Assembly (NCBI RefSeq): GCF_006345805.1 | Contig: NC_043011.1 | Coordinates: forward strand, 40,684,464 to 40,748,463 | Length of the DNA: 64,000 nt | Direction of reading: 5' to 3' | Source of the DNA: Octopus sinensis | Lineage: Eukaryota | Part shown: positions 40,895 to 55,672 of the stretch, one piece after another | Layout of the letters: each line of letters starts with the position of its first letter | Numbering within the stretch: the stretch's first letter is position 1 | Program-made: the position numbers and the translations under genes | The notes under the pieces: model-generated | What the model was told of the DNA's origin: nothing | The model's database searches: none | What the model saw: the letters and a program-made list of their open reading frames with translations, nothing else

Positions 40895-42187
40895 GTCGTT
40901 ATATATATACGTATATATATATGTATATATATGTAAATATATATATATACACATATATATATGTATATATGTATATATACATGTATATTACACTATGTAA
41001 ATATATATATACACATATATATATGTATGTATATATTTATATACATATGTATATATGCATATATATTTGTATATATGTATATATGCATATATATATATAT
41101 GTCTATATGTATACAAAGGTATATATGTATATATGATGGCGTGGTGGAAATTACTCACTCAAGTCATGGGCATACGAGACAGCTCAGACTGAATACCTTT
41201 CAGGAGCGATGTACATCGATGTTTGGCCATTTTTCTGGTTTATCAGCATCACGTACCCGAATCAACGATTCGGTTCTGGTGATATACCAGGCAAATACAT
41301 TGGAAGATGGAGCTTATCTTAGTCACTACACTGAACTTCCACGCACAAAAGCTTACTGGTTCGTTCAGGAAATATTTATTCATACCTGTGTATATATGTT
41401 AGTATGTATGAGTATATGTATACACATGTATGCACCATGTTACTGGCCCTGGCCCAACATGGCACAGCCGTAATGCTGAAACACGTAAACGAATAGAAGT
41501 ATACAAAGATACATATATATGTTCGTGTATATCCGTTTATATATGTGTGCTTGTGTGTGTATGTGTGTGTGTCTGTGTATACGCATATACGGACATGTGT
41601 TGCATATATATTATAATTATTGCATATATATTATAATTATATACACAGCACACAGACAAATACACACGAACACAAATATACACACATACACACATTTTCA
41701 CACAAACATACTCACACACACATGCACACACGCATATATTCTGATGTAAATGTGAAAATTTGTAAAAGAAACATTATGTAACATTGAAATTGCGGTTATT
41801 ATAAATGCATAAATTTCCACACAGATGCAAAAGTTACAGACATGTTGAGATTTCACTGGGAAATGAAATTTGAATCTAATTATTTGTTTAAATGTATGTA
41901 TATTTATACGCATATGTACATACATAGAGGTATACACACGTACAGATATTCGCTTTTCTGTGTGTGTTTTTGCATGTGAGTGTGAGTGTGTGTGTGAGTG
42001 TGAGTATGTGTGTGTGTGTGTGCGCGCGCGCTAATGTGTTGTGTGTACGCGCACGCTTGTATATATTTTTTATTCTTTTATTTGTTTCAGTCATTTGACA
42101 GCAGCCATATATATACGCTGTGTGTGAATGTGTGTGTGTGTAGAGAGAGAGAGAGAGAAAGAAAGAGAGAGGGAGAATGATAGATAA

Positions 42188-42220
<33 letters not shown>

Positions 42221-42359
42221 CAGATAGATAGGTAGATAGATTCTCTAGTGTTTTCGTTTAAACGTCAATGCACAATTAAACTGTATTATCACAAAAGTAA
42301 CACACACACGCATATATAGAAATATATGGATAGACATATTTGACATTTGCATTCATGCA

Positions 42360-43216
42360 TATATATATACACACATACATATGCATACATATATATATAT
42401 ACATACAAAACATATATACATCATGTATGCACATCTCTCTCTCATCTCTATATATATATATATATATATATATACATTATATATATAAATATTATATATA
42501 TATAATATATACATGTATATACATATACATACATACATACATACATATATATATATACACGTACATATATACACACATACACATATATTACTGGATTCAA
42601 AATTCTTTCCTCGAAATAATAATTTCAATATGGAGATAGTTGTCTACTTGTTTATGGATCTTTAAATATCAGCTTTAATGCTGCGACATGCCTCCTTGTA
42701 TATCCGAAAAATCTAAAGGAATCTATTGGATTTCTCTCTTGAAGTTATACGTACATTCATATATACATACACACATACACACACACACCACACCGCACAC
42801 AACACATATATATATATATACACACATACATATGCATACATATATATATATACATACAAACTATATACATTGTATGCACATCTCTCTCTCTCTCTATATA
42901 TATAATATAATATATATATACATTATATATATAATATTATATATATATAATAATATATACATGTATATACATATACATACATACATACATACATATATAT
43001 ATATACACGTACATATATACACACATACACATATATTACTGGATTCAAAATTCTTTCCTCGAAATAATTTCAATATGGAGATAGTTGTCTACTTGTTTAT
43101 GGATCTTTAAATATCAGCTTTAATGCTGCGACATGCCTCCCTTGTATATCCGAAAAATTATAAAGGAATCTAATTGGATTTCTCTCTTGAAGTTATACGT
43201 ACATTCATATATACAT

Positions 43217-43249
<33 letters not shown>

Positions 43250-43260
43250 CACACATATAT
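42360..43260. repeat. Tandem duplication, period ~450 bp
   Basis: attactggattcaaaattctttcctcg at ~42587 and ~43036. Confidence 0.9.
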
Positions 43261-43418
43261 ATATATATACACACACGCGGGGTGGCGTCATCTGAAGGCT
43301 AAAAACAATGCGAAGCGCATTGTGACCAGCGATGTATAGCAACATCTGATAGCCTGGTTGGTCACGGTGATCACGGTGATATATATATCTACATATATAT
43401 ATACACATTTTGATTTAT

Positions 43419-43450
<32 letters not shown>

Positions 43451-43489
43451 ATATATATAATATATATTATATATATATATATATATATA

Positions 43490-43520
<31 letters not shown>

Positions 43521-43859
43521 ATATATGTATATGTATATTTTATACGTACATATCCGCACACGCGTTTATTTTATTGTCATAAAAGAGCAAAGCAAAAGTC
43601 CGATGCTAGATATTTTGAAGAGAATGAAAGCATTCTGCACCCAGAACTATATTATGCTTCTGGAAACAATTACGCCAACAAGCAGCATTTGTTGAATATA
43701 GGAAGAAAATTAGTGAATATAACTTTGGTAAAAGTTATATTCAATGTCCACCAAAGAACAACAGCGATCAGTTCGTTAGGGCCTAAACTACATCGCAGGA
43801 TTTCTATACAATGCGGGGCTGTTGCCCTCCAGCGTACAGGAGTTTATTAGTGGATCGAG

Positions 43860-44690
43860 TTTTGTAAATTTATGGAAAAAGAGAGCTGGACGATAATCAT
43901 CGTCCACCGCTGAAGCGAAAATTCAACAAGCTCCAGAGTTGGTTCTGGTGAACCAATGATTAACCATCGATGAGGTGGAATGATCTTTGCAAATTAGTCC
44001 AGATTCTGCATACAAAATCATACACAAGCTTTGCTTCCATAAAATCTGTACGAGGTGGCAGCCAAAAGAGCTTACCGAAGCGCATAGAGCTCTATCAACG
44101 CTTACTCGACCACTAAAACAATGAAAGCAAAGCTTTTTGAAGAGATTAATCACAGAAGATGAATGAGACTTGTGCTCATTACTTTGAGCCAGAATCCAAA
44201 AGGCAGAATATGGAGTGGAAGCACCCGCGATCGCCAGCGAAAAGGAAATTTAGAATTCAAACTTTCGCAGAAAAAGTGATGCTAACCGTCATTTTAAGAT
44301 GCAAAGGGACCTGTACTGGAACATTACCTGGAAAAGAGGCCTACAGGTACCAGCAGAGAGTACAGTGAAATTTTGTACAACAAACCGAAATCTGTAATTC
44401 ACACTAAATGCAGAGGCCCATTGTTAAAACAAGCGTTACTGTTGCACGACAATGTACGACCACATACGGACTTCCACACCGTTGAAACCATTGAAAAATT
44501 GAGTTTCAAGTAGCTGGAAAAACCCTGTACACAGACTAGATCTCGCGTCTTCTGTCACGTTTTGTGGACTGCTAAAACTTCCATGACGTGGTCGTCGATT
44601 TACTGCTGACTAAGAAGCGCAGGAAGCTGTGCATAAATGGCTGCACGACAAACCAAAAGCCTTCTCTTCCCATGGAATAAGCAACGTGAA
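43860..44690 (+). mobile_element. Decayed mariner transposase
   Basis: LQIS...KICTRWQPKEL, ETCAHYFEPESKRQNMEWKHP.SP, KVMLTV, LLHDNVRPH, and a degenerate HPPYSPDLAPSD region. Confidence 0.9.
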
Positions 44691-44819
44691 CTTAATGTTT
44701 TGTTCAAGAGCACAAGGCACCACTAGGTCTAGGAAAAGAAACCACGATATTGCGAACGTGCTTGCCACACCCTAACCACTAGACTATGCATCCTCACATA
44801 TCCATATATGTATGTATGG

Positions 44820-44864
<45 letters not shown>

Positions 44865-45111
44865 TTCATATACAGTGACGCACACATGCACACACATACA
44901 TACATTTTCCACGAAAATTTTCAATTCTCCTTTATGGTGATGAGTACACAATATTTTTGCTCGCTGTAGCAAGCCACGATTGACAATTTTTCTTTTTGTT
45001 CTTTTTTTCTATTCACGGGGCCAAAATTTGCGTCTTCTCACTGTAACACTCCAGACCAACTAGTGTTGCATTCTGGGTAACCGGAAGTAGTAAGCTACTT
45101 ACCACACAGCC

Positions 45112-45150
<39 letters not shown>

Positions 45151-45541
45151 TATATATATAATAATATTATATATATATATTATACGAAGGTTATCCTCTG
45201 TATGTTGATTTTGTTCATTCATTATATATTCTTGAATTCGTTGTACTGCACAGGAGGCAGATAATGCATTGATTGCGAATCACAGGTGATCTGCAACTAA
45301 ATTCTGTTTTTAAATGACTCGCTTCGAAAATTGCATTCGGTACGATTTGTTTATTTTGGTAGTTTTGACTTTAAAAGCCCCTCATAGCGTGCGGCATTTA
45401 TGTGTAATAATGCCCTCTATATAATATAAATAATTATTTTCAAGTGAAAAAATTTACAGATTTTTTCTCTAATGACGTTTTTCACGCTAACTACCTGATA
45501 ATTTCTTATGAAGATTTTATCCTATTTTTAAATTTTAAATT

Positions 45542-45577
<36 letters not shown>

Positions 45578-45749
45578 CATATATATATATAAAATATTGC
45601 AATACAAATGTATTACTTTCCAGTAAAATAAAGCACAGTAAATGTAGAAGTATAAATATAAATACAGATTAGTGGTACAACTGACATTCCATTTTAACAG
45701 ATATATCTACCAAAATTGCATAAAAGTATCTTCAAATATTAAAGAATAA

Positions 45750-46170
45750 CTTTGTTTAATAAAATCGCCATTGGCCTCAACAACGAACTCCAGACGACAT
45801 TGGAATCTCCTGCAACTCTTCTGGACGGTCTCCTTGTTTAAGTTGGTGAATGCTCCTATAATCCTTGCCTTCAAATCATCTTTGATGTTACAGAGAGTTT
45901 TGTTGGTGTCTCGCTCAACTGCGCCCCACACATAATAATAAAGGAGTTGCAATCTGGGGAGTTAGGTGGCCAGATGTTAGGGGTGGTGTGGTCGCAGAAA
46001 GTGCCTGACAGCCATGACTGAGTCCTCCTGCTTTTGCGGCATGGTGCAGAGTCCTATTGCCAGACACAGGGTCTTACAGCAGCCACCCTCTTTATCCAGA
46101 GCAGCACTACCTCCTCCCATCTCTTGATTTAGGTCTCCGTGCTGAGTGAGAAGCCGGGCGGAATGGACTC
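45750..46170 (-). mobile_element. Tc1/mariner-superfamily transposase 3' remnant, spacing consistent with maT (DD37D)
   Basis: EEVVLLWIKRVAAVRPCVWQ*DSAPC...WPPNSPDCN, YYVWGAVERDTNK...RLEFVVEANGDFI; third catalytic D lost in a frameshift. Confidence 0.8.
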
Positions 46171-47978
46171 ATTTGAAATGTTTTTCACACTTGTTCCAGC
46201 GAGTGCCAGCATTTCCATGGAGTACGCTTGAACAATTGTGAAGAATGATAATTTCACAAGAAGCCATAGGTTGTCTCCTTAATCCACAAATAAAAGATAT
46301 TCATTAAGTACTCATTCTCACTGTTCGATACTAGAATAAATGCATATATATGTGTATTTGCGAGTATGTATGCGTGCGTATTTATGAAAACAAGATATCT
46401 ATTATATATTGAGAGTATATAAATATATACTTAAATAATCATTCAATAACAAGTATGGTTACCAAATCTTTAAGTTTAAGAATTTAAGTTTATTTTTTCC
46501 TCATTTATTTGATATAATCACATCATTTTTGTGACGCACGCTTTGTAAGCAATGATAATGATTTGCCAACAGTCTTGTTATAACAATTTGAGTATCATAT
46601 GATATGCTCACTTAGAAATAGCAACAACATTATATACCTTAGATATCTTGCTATTTTAAAAGCTGAAATATTGCTGATTGTGAAATTTTATGGGATGGAC
46701 CGAGAGCTGGCATGTCCTTTAGCATAAATCTGCTTCATTATAGTCGACCTAAAGCTAACGGGTTACTCAATAACATGATGGGATAGAAATATATTGATGT
46801 TTTCGAATAATCACCTTTTAAATGACATTTCACAGGACTTTCTCTAATGAATATACGTTAAATATGATGCACATATAGCTATCTTGATCTATTGCGTACA
46901 CCTAGCTTTTATTCACCTTAGCAAGCTTTCTCCAATATCAGTACATGTTTTATTCACTGTTCTCTACGTATCGGAGGTGACAAATTTCGTCCAGGTATGT
47001 GACAATCGAATACAAGTTAACAAATACCAAGGCGGCGCTGGAACATATATGACTCTCTCGTGAGTCACTGCAGGGACATTGTCAGCCTCATATCAATAAA
47101 TATTTATATGTGTGTTAGTGTGCGTGCGCAGGTGTCTGTGTGTGTGCGCACAAGTGCACGTTTATATATGTATACACATACACACACACACACACTCACA
47201 CATATATATAATGGATAATAAAACGAATGGTTTACACCTGGTAGCTTACTGGTAAAGCACGGCCACTTTCCAGCGATCGTTAGGTATACAGCAAATGAAA
47301 GACAGAAGATGGTATATACGAGAATTTGTTATTAATCACGATAATTGTTTCAACACATCTAGCATCAATTCCTCTTGTTTGGGACACTCAACAACTGGTT
47401 CGGAAGCATCCGGTGGTGCAGATGTATCTCGTTGGGTGATAAATAAATAAAACTCGTTAAAATGACTGTTCCGCAACGTGACTTACCGTTTTGTAGAGAG
47501 AAGCGCTGCCAGACGAAGGAAATATCTCCATTTATGTAGAAGATCAAAATAAAATCATAGATAGCAAAAAAGAGAAACGAACACGCAGTCCAGCGAGAAA
47601 AAGTATTAAAAATAACCGTTAACAGATATCTGTTAAAGTAACATATAAAGAAAATAGAATATAAAAGATGTCGAACTAAACCATTTGCATGTCTTAAATT
47701 TGCCTATTAATGACGGTGGTTTTCGACGAAGCACAATTTCATGACGGCTTCGTCTTCTTTTTCGTCCCATCGATGATTGTGTAAAAACCATTTGGTACAA
47801 ACGTGACATAGCAACGGTTGACTAATCAAATCTGTCACAGGTAGTTCGACTAACGTGATGAGAAAGTAAATCATGGAAAATATGAAGATATTTACCGTAC
47901 ATAAGGAAGCAGATATGGTAAATATCAGAAGATATTTACTTTAAGTAAATCTTTTCTTCTTCTTTTTTTTTTTTTTTT

Positions 47979-48013
<35 letters not shown>

Positions 48014-48173
48014 GAAAATTTCTGCTTGTAATATGAGATCATAGTTTTCGTTTTGATACAGTTAGAAAGTACTTGGAGTATGTTACAAACGATTTCATTC
48101 ATTTTTGTATGAATTGTATCACATTCCGAGAAGAGAATGTGCATAACCTGATACGTACGTAATACATACATAC

Positions 48174-48260
<87 letters not shown>

Positions 48261-48348
48261 GTATATACTTGTGTTTGTGTTTGCGTCCTGCGTGTGTGTT
48301 TGTGTGTATTTATGTATGGAAGTACATATGTATATTATACGATATATA

Positions 48349-48391
<43 letters not shown>

Positions 48392-48603
48392 ACACACATG
48401 TATATGTGTACGTGCGTGGGGTGTGTTAATATATATGTATATATCGCCTCCACGTATAGAGATGGGGCTTATATTTAATAAGCAATACAATGTGTCTCAC
48501 GGATGAAAGCAGCATATTTCAACAATGATAATCAACGACAATTTCCATAAATTCTATTAAGTATACGTATATTCATCCATAAATACATATATACATATGC
48601 GTA

Positions 48604-48643
<40 letters not shown>

Positions 48644-48950
48644 ATCTATCTGATTACACGCACACACGATTTCTCAAATAACTCATTTTAAAAATATCTT
48701 GTTTACTGAGATGTGAAGTTTGATAGCGATTATATAGTTATTGAAATTCCATTTGTTATATAATGACGTATATATACATATATATGACTGCGTGTGCGCG
48801 TGCGTGTGATTGCATGTGCATACACACATACATACACACAGACACATACATTCACATGTCCGCTAGCTACTCAGTAGAATGGGATGTTAAAAATCTATTA
48901 CTGCTCCCAAATAGATTTTTAATAAAATATAATATAGCATATATATATAT

Positions 48951-48982
<32 letters not shown>

Positions 48983-49379
48983 GCATAAATATATATATAT
49001 ATATTTACATACGTATATGAACATATATATATACGTATATGTATATATATACATATATGCATATATACATACATATATATATACATACATATAATATATA
49101 TATTCTAAGTATATTCTAATTTCATTGTAGATTATATCATCCAGTTGATAACATAACTTGATATAATGGAAATCACATAACCATTGTTAAGTCTGACCTT
49201 GTACACCATGCATACTTATCGATCTAATTGTGTGTGAAATGAGATATTAGTGGAAAGGGGAATTGTATCGTTCGTGAAATTAAAGGTGAAGACCGGGTGA
49301 TTAGAAGACGAAAACCTGTTGAATAATATACACATCAGACCGTTAGTAAGGAAACTGGTGTTTGTATGCATCGCTAAAA

Positions 49380-49610
49380 CTATATTTTACTTGTTTGAGT
49401 AACTAGACTGCGGACATGCCGGGGACCTGCCTTGGCGAATTTTTAGTCGAATGAATCGACCCCAGTACAGTTTTTTTTAAGCCTCGATTTTATTTTGTCT
49501 GATCTTTTTGCCGAACTGTTAAGTTACAGGGTCGTAAACACATCATCACCGGTCGTCAAGCGGTGTTGGGGTACAACTACAGAAACGAAGAAACACACGC
49601 AACGCACATA
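49380..49610 (-). mobile_element. SINE A tail (diverged)
   Basis: Tail motifs followed by (TACA)n and an HHR element. Confidence 0.75.
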
Positions 49611-49652
49611 CATACATACATACATACATACATACATACATACATACATACA

Positions 49653-49683
<31 letters not shown>

Positions 49684-49684
49684 G

Positions 49685-49886
49685 ATGGACCGTTAGCTCC
49701 TACACGCATTTTCTTCTCTCTTTGTTTCTCTCCTTGTTTCTTTTCTGTGTATATTTCTGTCGAAGAGCGTAGGCGCGAAACGTAAAAGACTTGTTCTATT
49801 TCTATTCCTGAGCGCCATACTGATACATTTGTTTGTTTGTACTCCACCTGCCTTCGTCTTTTGTTTATTTTCGTAAACCTTCCCGT

Positions 49887-49887
<1 letters not shown>
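49685..49887 (+). mobile_element. A6U-HHR element (copy 4)
   Basis: Motif at 49753-49788: CTGTCGA-A-GAGC GTAG GCGC-GAAAC-GTA-AAAG. Confidence 0.75.
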
Positions 49888-49917
<30 letters not shown>

Positions 49918-50008
49918 TTTACTGAGATGTGAAGTTTGATAACGATTATTAAAATTCCATTTGTTATATAATGACGTATATATACATATAATGACGTATA
50001 TATACATA

Positions 50009-50380
50009 GGCGCAGGAGTGGCTGTGTGGTAAGTAGCTTTCTAACCAACCACACGGTTGCGGGTTCGGTCCCACTGCGTGGCATCTTGGGCAAGTGTCTT
50101 CTGCTATAGCCCCGGGCCGACCAATGCCTTGTGAGTGGATTTGGTAGACGGAAACTGAAAGAAGCCTGTCGTATATATGTATATATATGTATATGTGTTT
50201 GTGTGTCTGTGTTTGTCCCCCTAGCATTGCTTGACAACCGATGCTGGTGTGTTTAGGTCCCCGTCACTTAGCGGTTCGGCAAAAAGAGACCGATAGAATA
50301 AGTGCTAAAAGGTGGTGCTCCAGCATGGCCGCAGTCAAAATGACTGAAACAAGTAAAAGAGTAAAAGAGAGAGTAAAGAG
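50009..50380 (+). mobile_element. SINE A
   Basis: Full-length match. Confidence 0.92.
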
Positions 50381-50916
50381 TATATATATGAGTGCGTGTG
50401 CGTGTGTGCGCGTGCGTGTGATTGCATGTGCATACACACAGACACATACATCACATGGAACCTGAAACATGTGGCTGGGAAGCAAACTTCCTGGCACACA
50501 GCCACGCCTGCGTCTATGCATGATGGATGATTTTCATATGATATATTACGCAAATCTGAAATGTGCGTATTAAATGATTACAAAATAATTCTATTTGGGT
50601 TGACTTCCTTATTACAACTACATGTGTGTGTTTGTGTGTGTGTGTGTAGTGCTTCTTTCCAATTTTCTTCTAAGAATTCGAGGCCCACGCAATGTGACTG
50701 AACTCAATACCACATCGTTGGAAAGCGACCTTCTTAACCACATTGCCACACATGTGTCCTAGCTATTAGTACACATTTTCCTGTATGCATCATTAGTATG
50801 TACCAATCTTTTAACGATAGTAGTAGAAATTTACGACTCAAAAATAAGTTTCAGCTTAGAATTTGTTTCTTAAGGCCATTACTGTCTGTGTGTGTGTGTA
50901 TGTATAAACACACACG

Positions 50917-50976
<60 letters not shown>

Positions 50977-51575
50977 TACTAGCATCTTAGAGGGATAATT
51001 AGTTTTAAGAGCAAGGTATTTAATAAATGATATAATGAACTTGAAAATATATCTTGCTTAGTTCACTGAGTTCTTTAAAATCTTTTGTTCATTAGATATT
51101 TCATTGTCCTTAAGAATTTCATTTCAGTATTAATTGTATTATATTCATTCTACAGACTTCAAATATACTTTTTATTGCCACTTCGTGCAATTAGTTTTCT
51201 TTCTGCAAAGTTATCTGAGGCTCAATACGACGCACTTAGAAGTTTCAATTCATGTCGTCAGTTCCTGTATATTTCGAAGCATTTTAACCATTAGTCTGTC
51301 TTCTTATATATCTTTGATATTACCAATATTCTGCTTCCAAAGAAAGGGACACAGAAAAAACAAGGAGAGAAAAAGGATATACACACACACATATATATCT
51401 ATATATCTATAATATAATATATATATATATATGTATGTATGTATTATCAATATGACATACAAACCTGCGGTATTTCATCTAAAGAATATCTTTGTTAAAG
51501 ACGTATAGTGTTAAAAACACAATGCCCAAATTTAGGCGTAACGAAATCGCCCCGGAAGTGAAAGTACGCGATACA

Positions 51576-51611
51576 TTCTGATATTTCGTGACTAATCTGC
51601 TCATCAGAGAA
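51576..51611 (-). ncRNA. Minimal hammerhead-like motif
   Basis: UUCU-CUGAUGA-GCAGAUUAGUCAC-GAAA-UA-UC-AGAA; stem II weak. Confidence 0.35.
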
Positions 51612-52342
51612 AGATTCTCTTCCACTTCTAAAATGAATTACCACAGCCAACCATAAGTATGCATACACATAATATAAAAGATATTTGATCGCACGCGCGA
51701 GTGAGTGAGTGAGTGTGTGTGTGTGTGTGTATGATTGAATCTAACAGTAGAAAAATACGAGCAACAAATAGTTTCTTTCTTTGGAGACACGGATCTAGGT
51801 AGGCTTTTATAATACACTTTATATCACCAAGCAATAATCGGGCTCTGAGCACATGGTTTATTCAATTTGCAAATTGGGACGCTGGCACAAGAGAAATTAC
51901 AAGAAAAACGAGAAGGTAGATGTAAGAAGTGGCGAGACGTCTGAAATATAGCCTTTTAAATATATACACGCAGGAAATATAAGACCTTCACATTCGTGTC
52001 ATGCATTGAGTACATGAAAATAAATCCAGTTTTTTTTGTACCCTATTAACGATATATAGTTACACACATACACATACGCACACACACACTCTCACGCATA
52101 TATATATATATATATATATACATATATACGTAGGAAATAATTATGAGTATGTAAGTGTATGGAAAGAGAGAAAGAGAATTTGATGGATGCATAAATTCAT
52201 TGACGTGACATTTCTCAATCTCATTTGTTCTTGTTGAGAGAAATCATTTAACAGCAGTTTGAACAAAATCAAGTCGTATGACAAAAATACATAAATGCAT
52301 AAATTACTGTAAATTCTTTTGGCTTTCAAAAATATTTCTTAC

Positions 52343-52428
52343 CTGTAATCTGTTGCTTCGGGTGTATTTGTCATTCGCAGTTTTGTTATCAGAATCCAGA
52401 GGATGCTAATAAAAAATATAACATTTGC
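52343..52428 (-). CDS. Class B1 GPCR, TM5-ICL3 exon, 86 nt: ANVIFFISILWILITKLRMTNTPEATDY(R)
   Basis: Acceptor ttttttttcaacag, donor CAG|gtaaga. Phase 0 to phase 2. N.IF...I.W.LITKLR..NT.E...YR matches CRF/DH44 receptors. Confidence 0.93.
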
Positions 52429-52489
52429 CTGTTGAAAAAAAAATATATATGGGAATAAAAATTTTCATTGAGACACTCAATCGATAAAG

Positions 52490-52522
<33 letters not shown>

Positions 52523-53020
52523 ATTCACTTACATCCATTCTCCTACAGCGTACTCATTAACAAAAACGCATAAATGTACCATAATAATGGTAAGAAATTT
52601 ATCAGGCACAGCTGTGTGTGTGGATAGAAAGATTGCTTTGCAATCACGAAGTTTCGGGTTCAGTCGCAATGCTCATCAGTATAGGCAAGAGTCTTCTATT
52701 ATAGTCCCGAGTCAACCTTTTCACTGAAATTAGTGGACGGAATCTGTGTGAAAACTCCTCGAACCCATCTCGAGGTTACCGTGGTCTTTTCCGTAGGCTT
52801 TTCTTTCCACGGGTAAACCTCACATATCCTCCCCTTTACACTTCATATTGACATTTCTGTGATAACGATCCCTATTGATCCAATTTTTTTCCTTTCCCTC
52901 CCCCCTTTTTTTGTCCACTTTCTTTCTATTTACGATCCCTTCTTTTACCCCCAAAAGAAAAGCTCTACCTTGTAATTTTGTCCTGTCTGTGTGCAGCTCT
53001 GTGTGGCTAATAAAGAAACA

Positions 53021-53095
<75 letters not shown>

Positions 53096-53628
53096 ATCTG
53101 TCTGTCTGTCTGTCTATCTGTCTATCTCTCCGCCTGTATGTCTTTATATGTATATGTATGTCTTTGTGTTTGTACTCCTCACCGCTTGACAACCGATGTC
53201 CTTTTATCTACGTCTCGGTAATCTAGCAGCTCTGCAAAAGAAACGGATAGAATAAGATCTAACTTTTAGCAAAAATTAATACGAGGGTCGCTTTGTTCGA
53301 TTAAACTTTTCAAGGCGGTGACCCACCATGATGACAGTCGAATGACGGAAAAAAAGTAAGATAAAAGAGATGAGAATATAATTACCGTAGACCTTTAAAA
53401 GTACAGACTTACAGCTGGTTTTGCAACACCTACAGAAACTTTTTATTCACAGCCTACAAGAAACTTGCTGTTTACCAGCCGAACAATATGATATCATAGA
53501 AGAAGAAAGGTGAGCAGTAAAGGGATATCTATAGCTATTTAAAGCAACTATTGGCGGATAAGGTTAAAGAAAAACAAACCAGCTGACAGAGTAAAAATAA
53601 ATCTTGAAAAAAGAAGATACATTGTGTC

Positions 53629-53685
53629 TCCGGACACAAGGTTGTGTTTCTATGTTGTGAGTGATGTATTGCCTTCATCAGCGGA
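53629..53685 (-). ncRNA. Decayed type I hammerhead with full stem III
   Basis: UCCG-CUGAUGA-...-GAAA-CACAA CC UUGUG-UC-CGGA. Stem I, stem III and core intact; stem II unpaired. Confidence 0.5.
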
Positions 53686-54915
53686 TAACAAAGTTTACGG
53701 CTAAAAGCAAAACTACAGCAGATATACACATTCGGAGAAATATAATGAAATATGCTACAGGGAAAGAACGAAATGGACCGAAAATATAAAGAATTCCTAT
53801 ACAGTCTCTTCTCTTGCATAACCAACTGTATATAAGAAATGTAAAAAAATTAGCATTAAATCAATATACAGCAATTTACATTACCTTTATAAAGGAAATA
53901 TATATCACGCAAATATAACGGAACTAATTTTTTTGCCTGCAAAGTATCTTAGCAGAAAACAGAAGAAACATCAAAGGGATTAATGCTAAGAGCAATAATT
54001 TAATGTTAAATAACGATGGCTACTATGAAAGGAAAGCAGCATTGTAACATTGATTGTCTGCCAAAAACTACTCATATATTTTATTTTTTGTTTCTGTGTG
54101 ATGTAGTTTGTGGTGTGCAGGATGTCTTGTGGATTAGCTAACAGCATGCAATGTAATATTCTGAGTGGATGGTGATTGCATGGGGAACATGTTTTATGGA
54201 TTCCTCTATACTGTTGGATGCGGATTACTTTCAGAATGTGCTGTGTGACGTGTGCAGAAAGTAGGAAGGATATAGAACCTCTTCGAAAGTGTCATGTTCT
54301 TATAGGTACAAGGCTTTGTGTAATTAGCATTTTGCCATATCGTGACATGCATGCACACACACACACACACACACTCGCACACATAGATGTGTATGCATGT
54401 GGTGTGTGTGTGTTGAGTGGTGGTGTGTACATATATATATATAATATATATATATATCTATATATATTATATATAATATATATATACATACCAATATATG
54501 CATACTACACACACACGTGTGTATATATTTCATCACTAATTGATCACAGATTCATTTTGACCATAAAAAACACCGAATTTCAGGTGGGATAGCCCTGAAA
54601 GCGTAGCTTTTTTTGATATTCCCCTTTAGAATAGTGAGACACACGGAATTAGATTCTACGGTAAGAATGAATCTAATAGCGAAAGAACAGAAATCACAGA
54701 ATAGCAGGATATTGGATTGACGTTTTGGTCTACACGGATTGTGTTAGGCAGCATGAATTCAACAAAGAGTGATAATCAATTATAGCTAAGTGCACCATGG
54801 AGATTGTTGAAGTGATATCGCGTAAGTTTCCGCTGTAATTCATCAAAACTGTAATTACGACAGAACGACAAAATATCGAAAGATAGATGTGTAAGTACTC
54901 GTCGAAGTAGCGATA

Positions 54916-54959
<44 letters not shown>

Positions 54960-54969
54960 AAAAGACAAA

Positions 54970-55004
<35 letters not shown>

Positions 55005-55009
55005 TTGTA

Positions 55010-55040
<31 letters not shown>

Positions 55041-55042
55041 AA

Positions 55043-55107
<65 letters not shown>

Positions 55108-55114
55108 TAATAAT

Positions 55115-55242
55115 ACCTCAATCTTATAAAATATTACCAAAAATGAAGTAGATTGACAAGTTTATTTTTTGAATCTGGAAGGCACGTTAGATGCCGAAAA
55201 ATCTTTCACTTGATAACAATGGCACTCTTCTTTTTTTTTTGC

Positions 55243-55304
<62 letters not shown>

Positions 55305-55613
55305 CCTCAATCTTATAAAATATTACCAAAAATGAAGTAGATTGACAAGTTTATTTTTTGAATCTGGAAGGCACGTTAGATGCCGAAAAATCTTTAACTT
55401 GATAACAATGGCACTCTTCTTTTTTTTTTGCTAATAATAATAATAATAATGATAATAATAATAATAATGATAATGATAATAATACGTCAATCCTATAAAA
55501 TATTACCAAAAATGAAGTGGATTGACAAGTTTATTTTTTGTGACATGTGGAAAGCACGCTAGATGCCGAAAAATCTTTCACTTGATAACAATAGCACTCT
55601 TCTTTTTTTTTGC

Positions 55614-55614
<1 letters not shown>
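55115..55614 (+). repeat. Three tandem ~180-190 bp units (130-bp core plus (AAT)n); fourth unit at 56281-56410
   Basis: Cores start at ~55115, 55304, 55484 and 56281. Confidence 0.95.

Positions 55615-55670
<56 letters not shown>

Positions 55671-55672
<2 letters not shown>

Noticed and set aside
46922-46994. Plus-strand 73-nt exon-like segment with good splice signals
   Set aside because: No recognisable peptide and no partner exons.
55115-55614. CRISPR-like repeat-spacer pattern
   Set aside because: Repeats are ~130 bp, the spacers are (AAT)n, and the context is eukaryotic.
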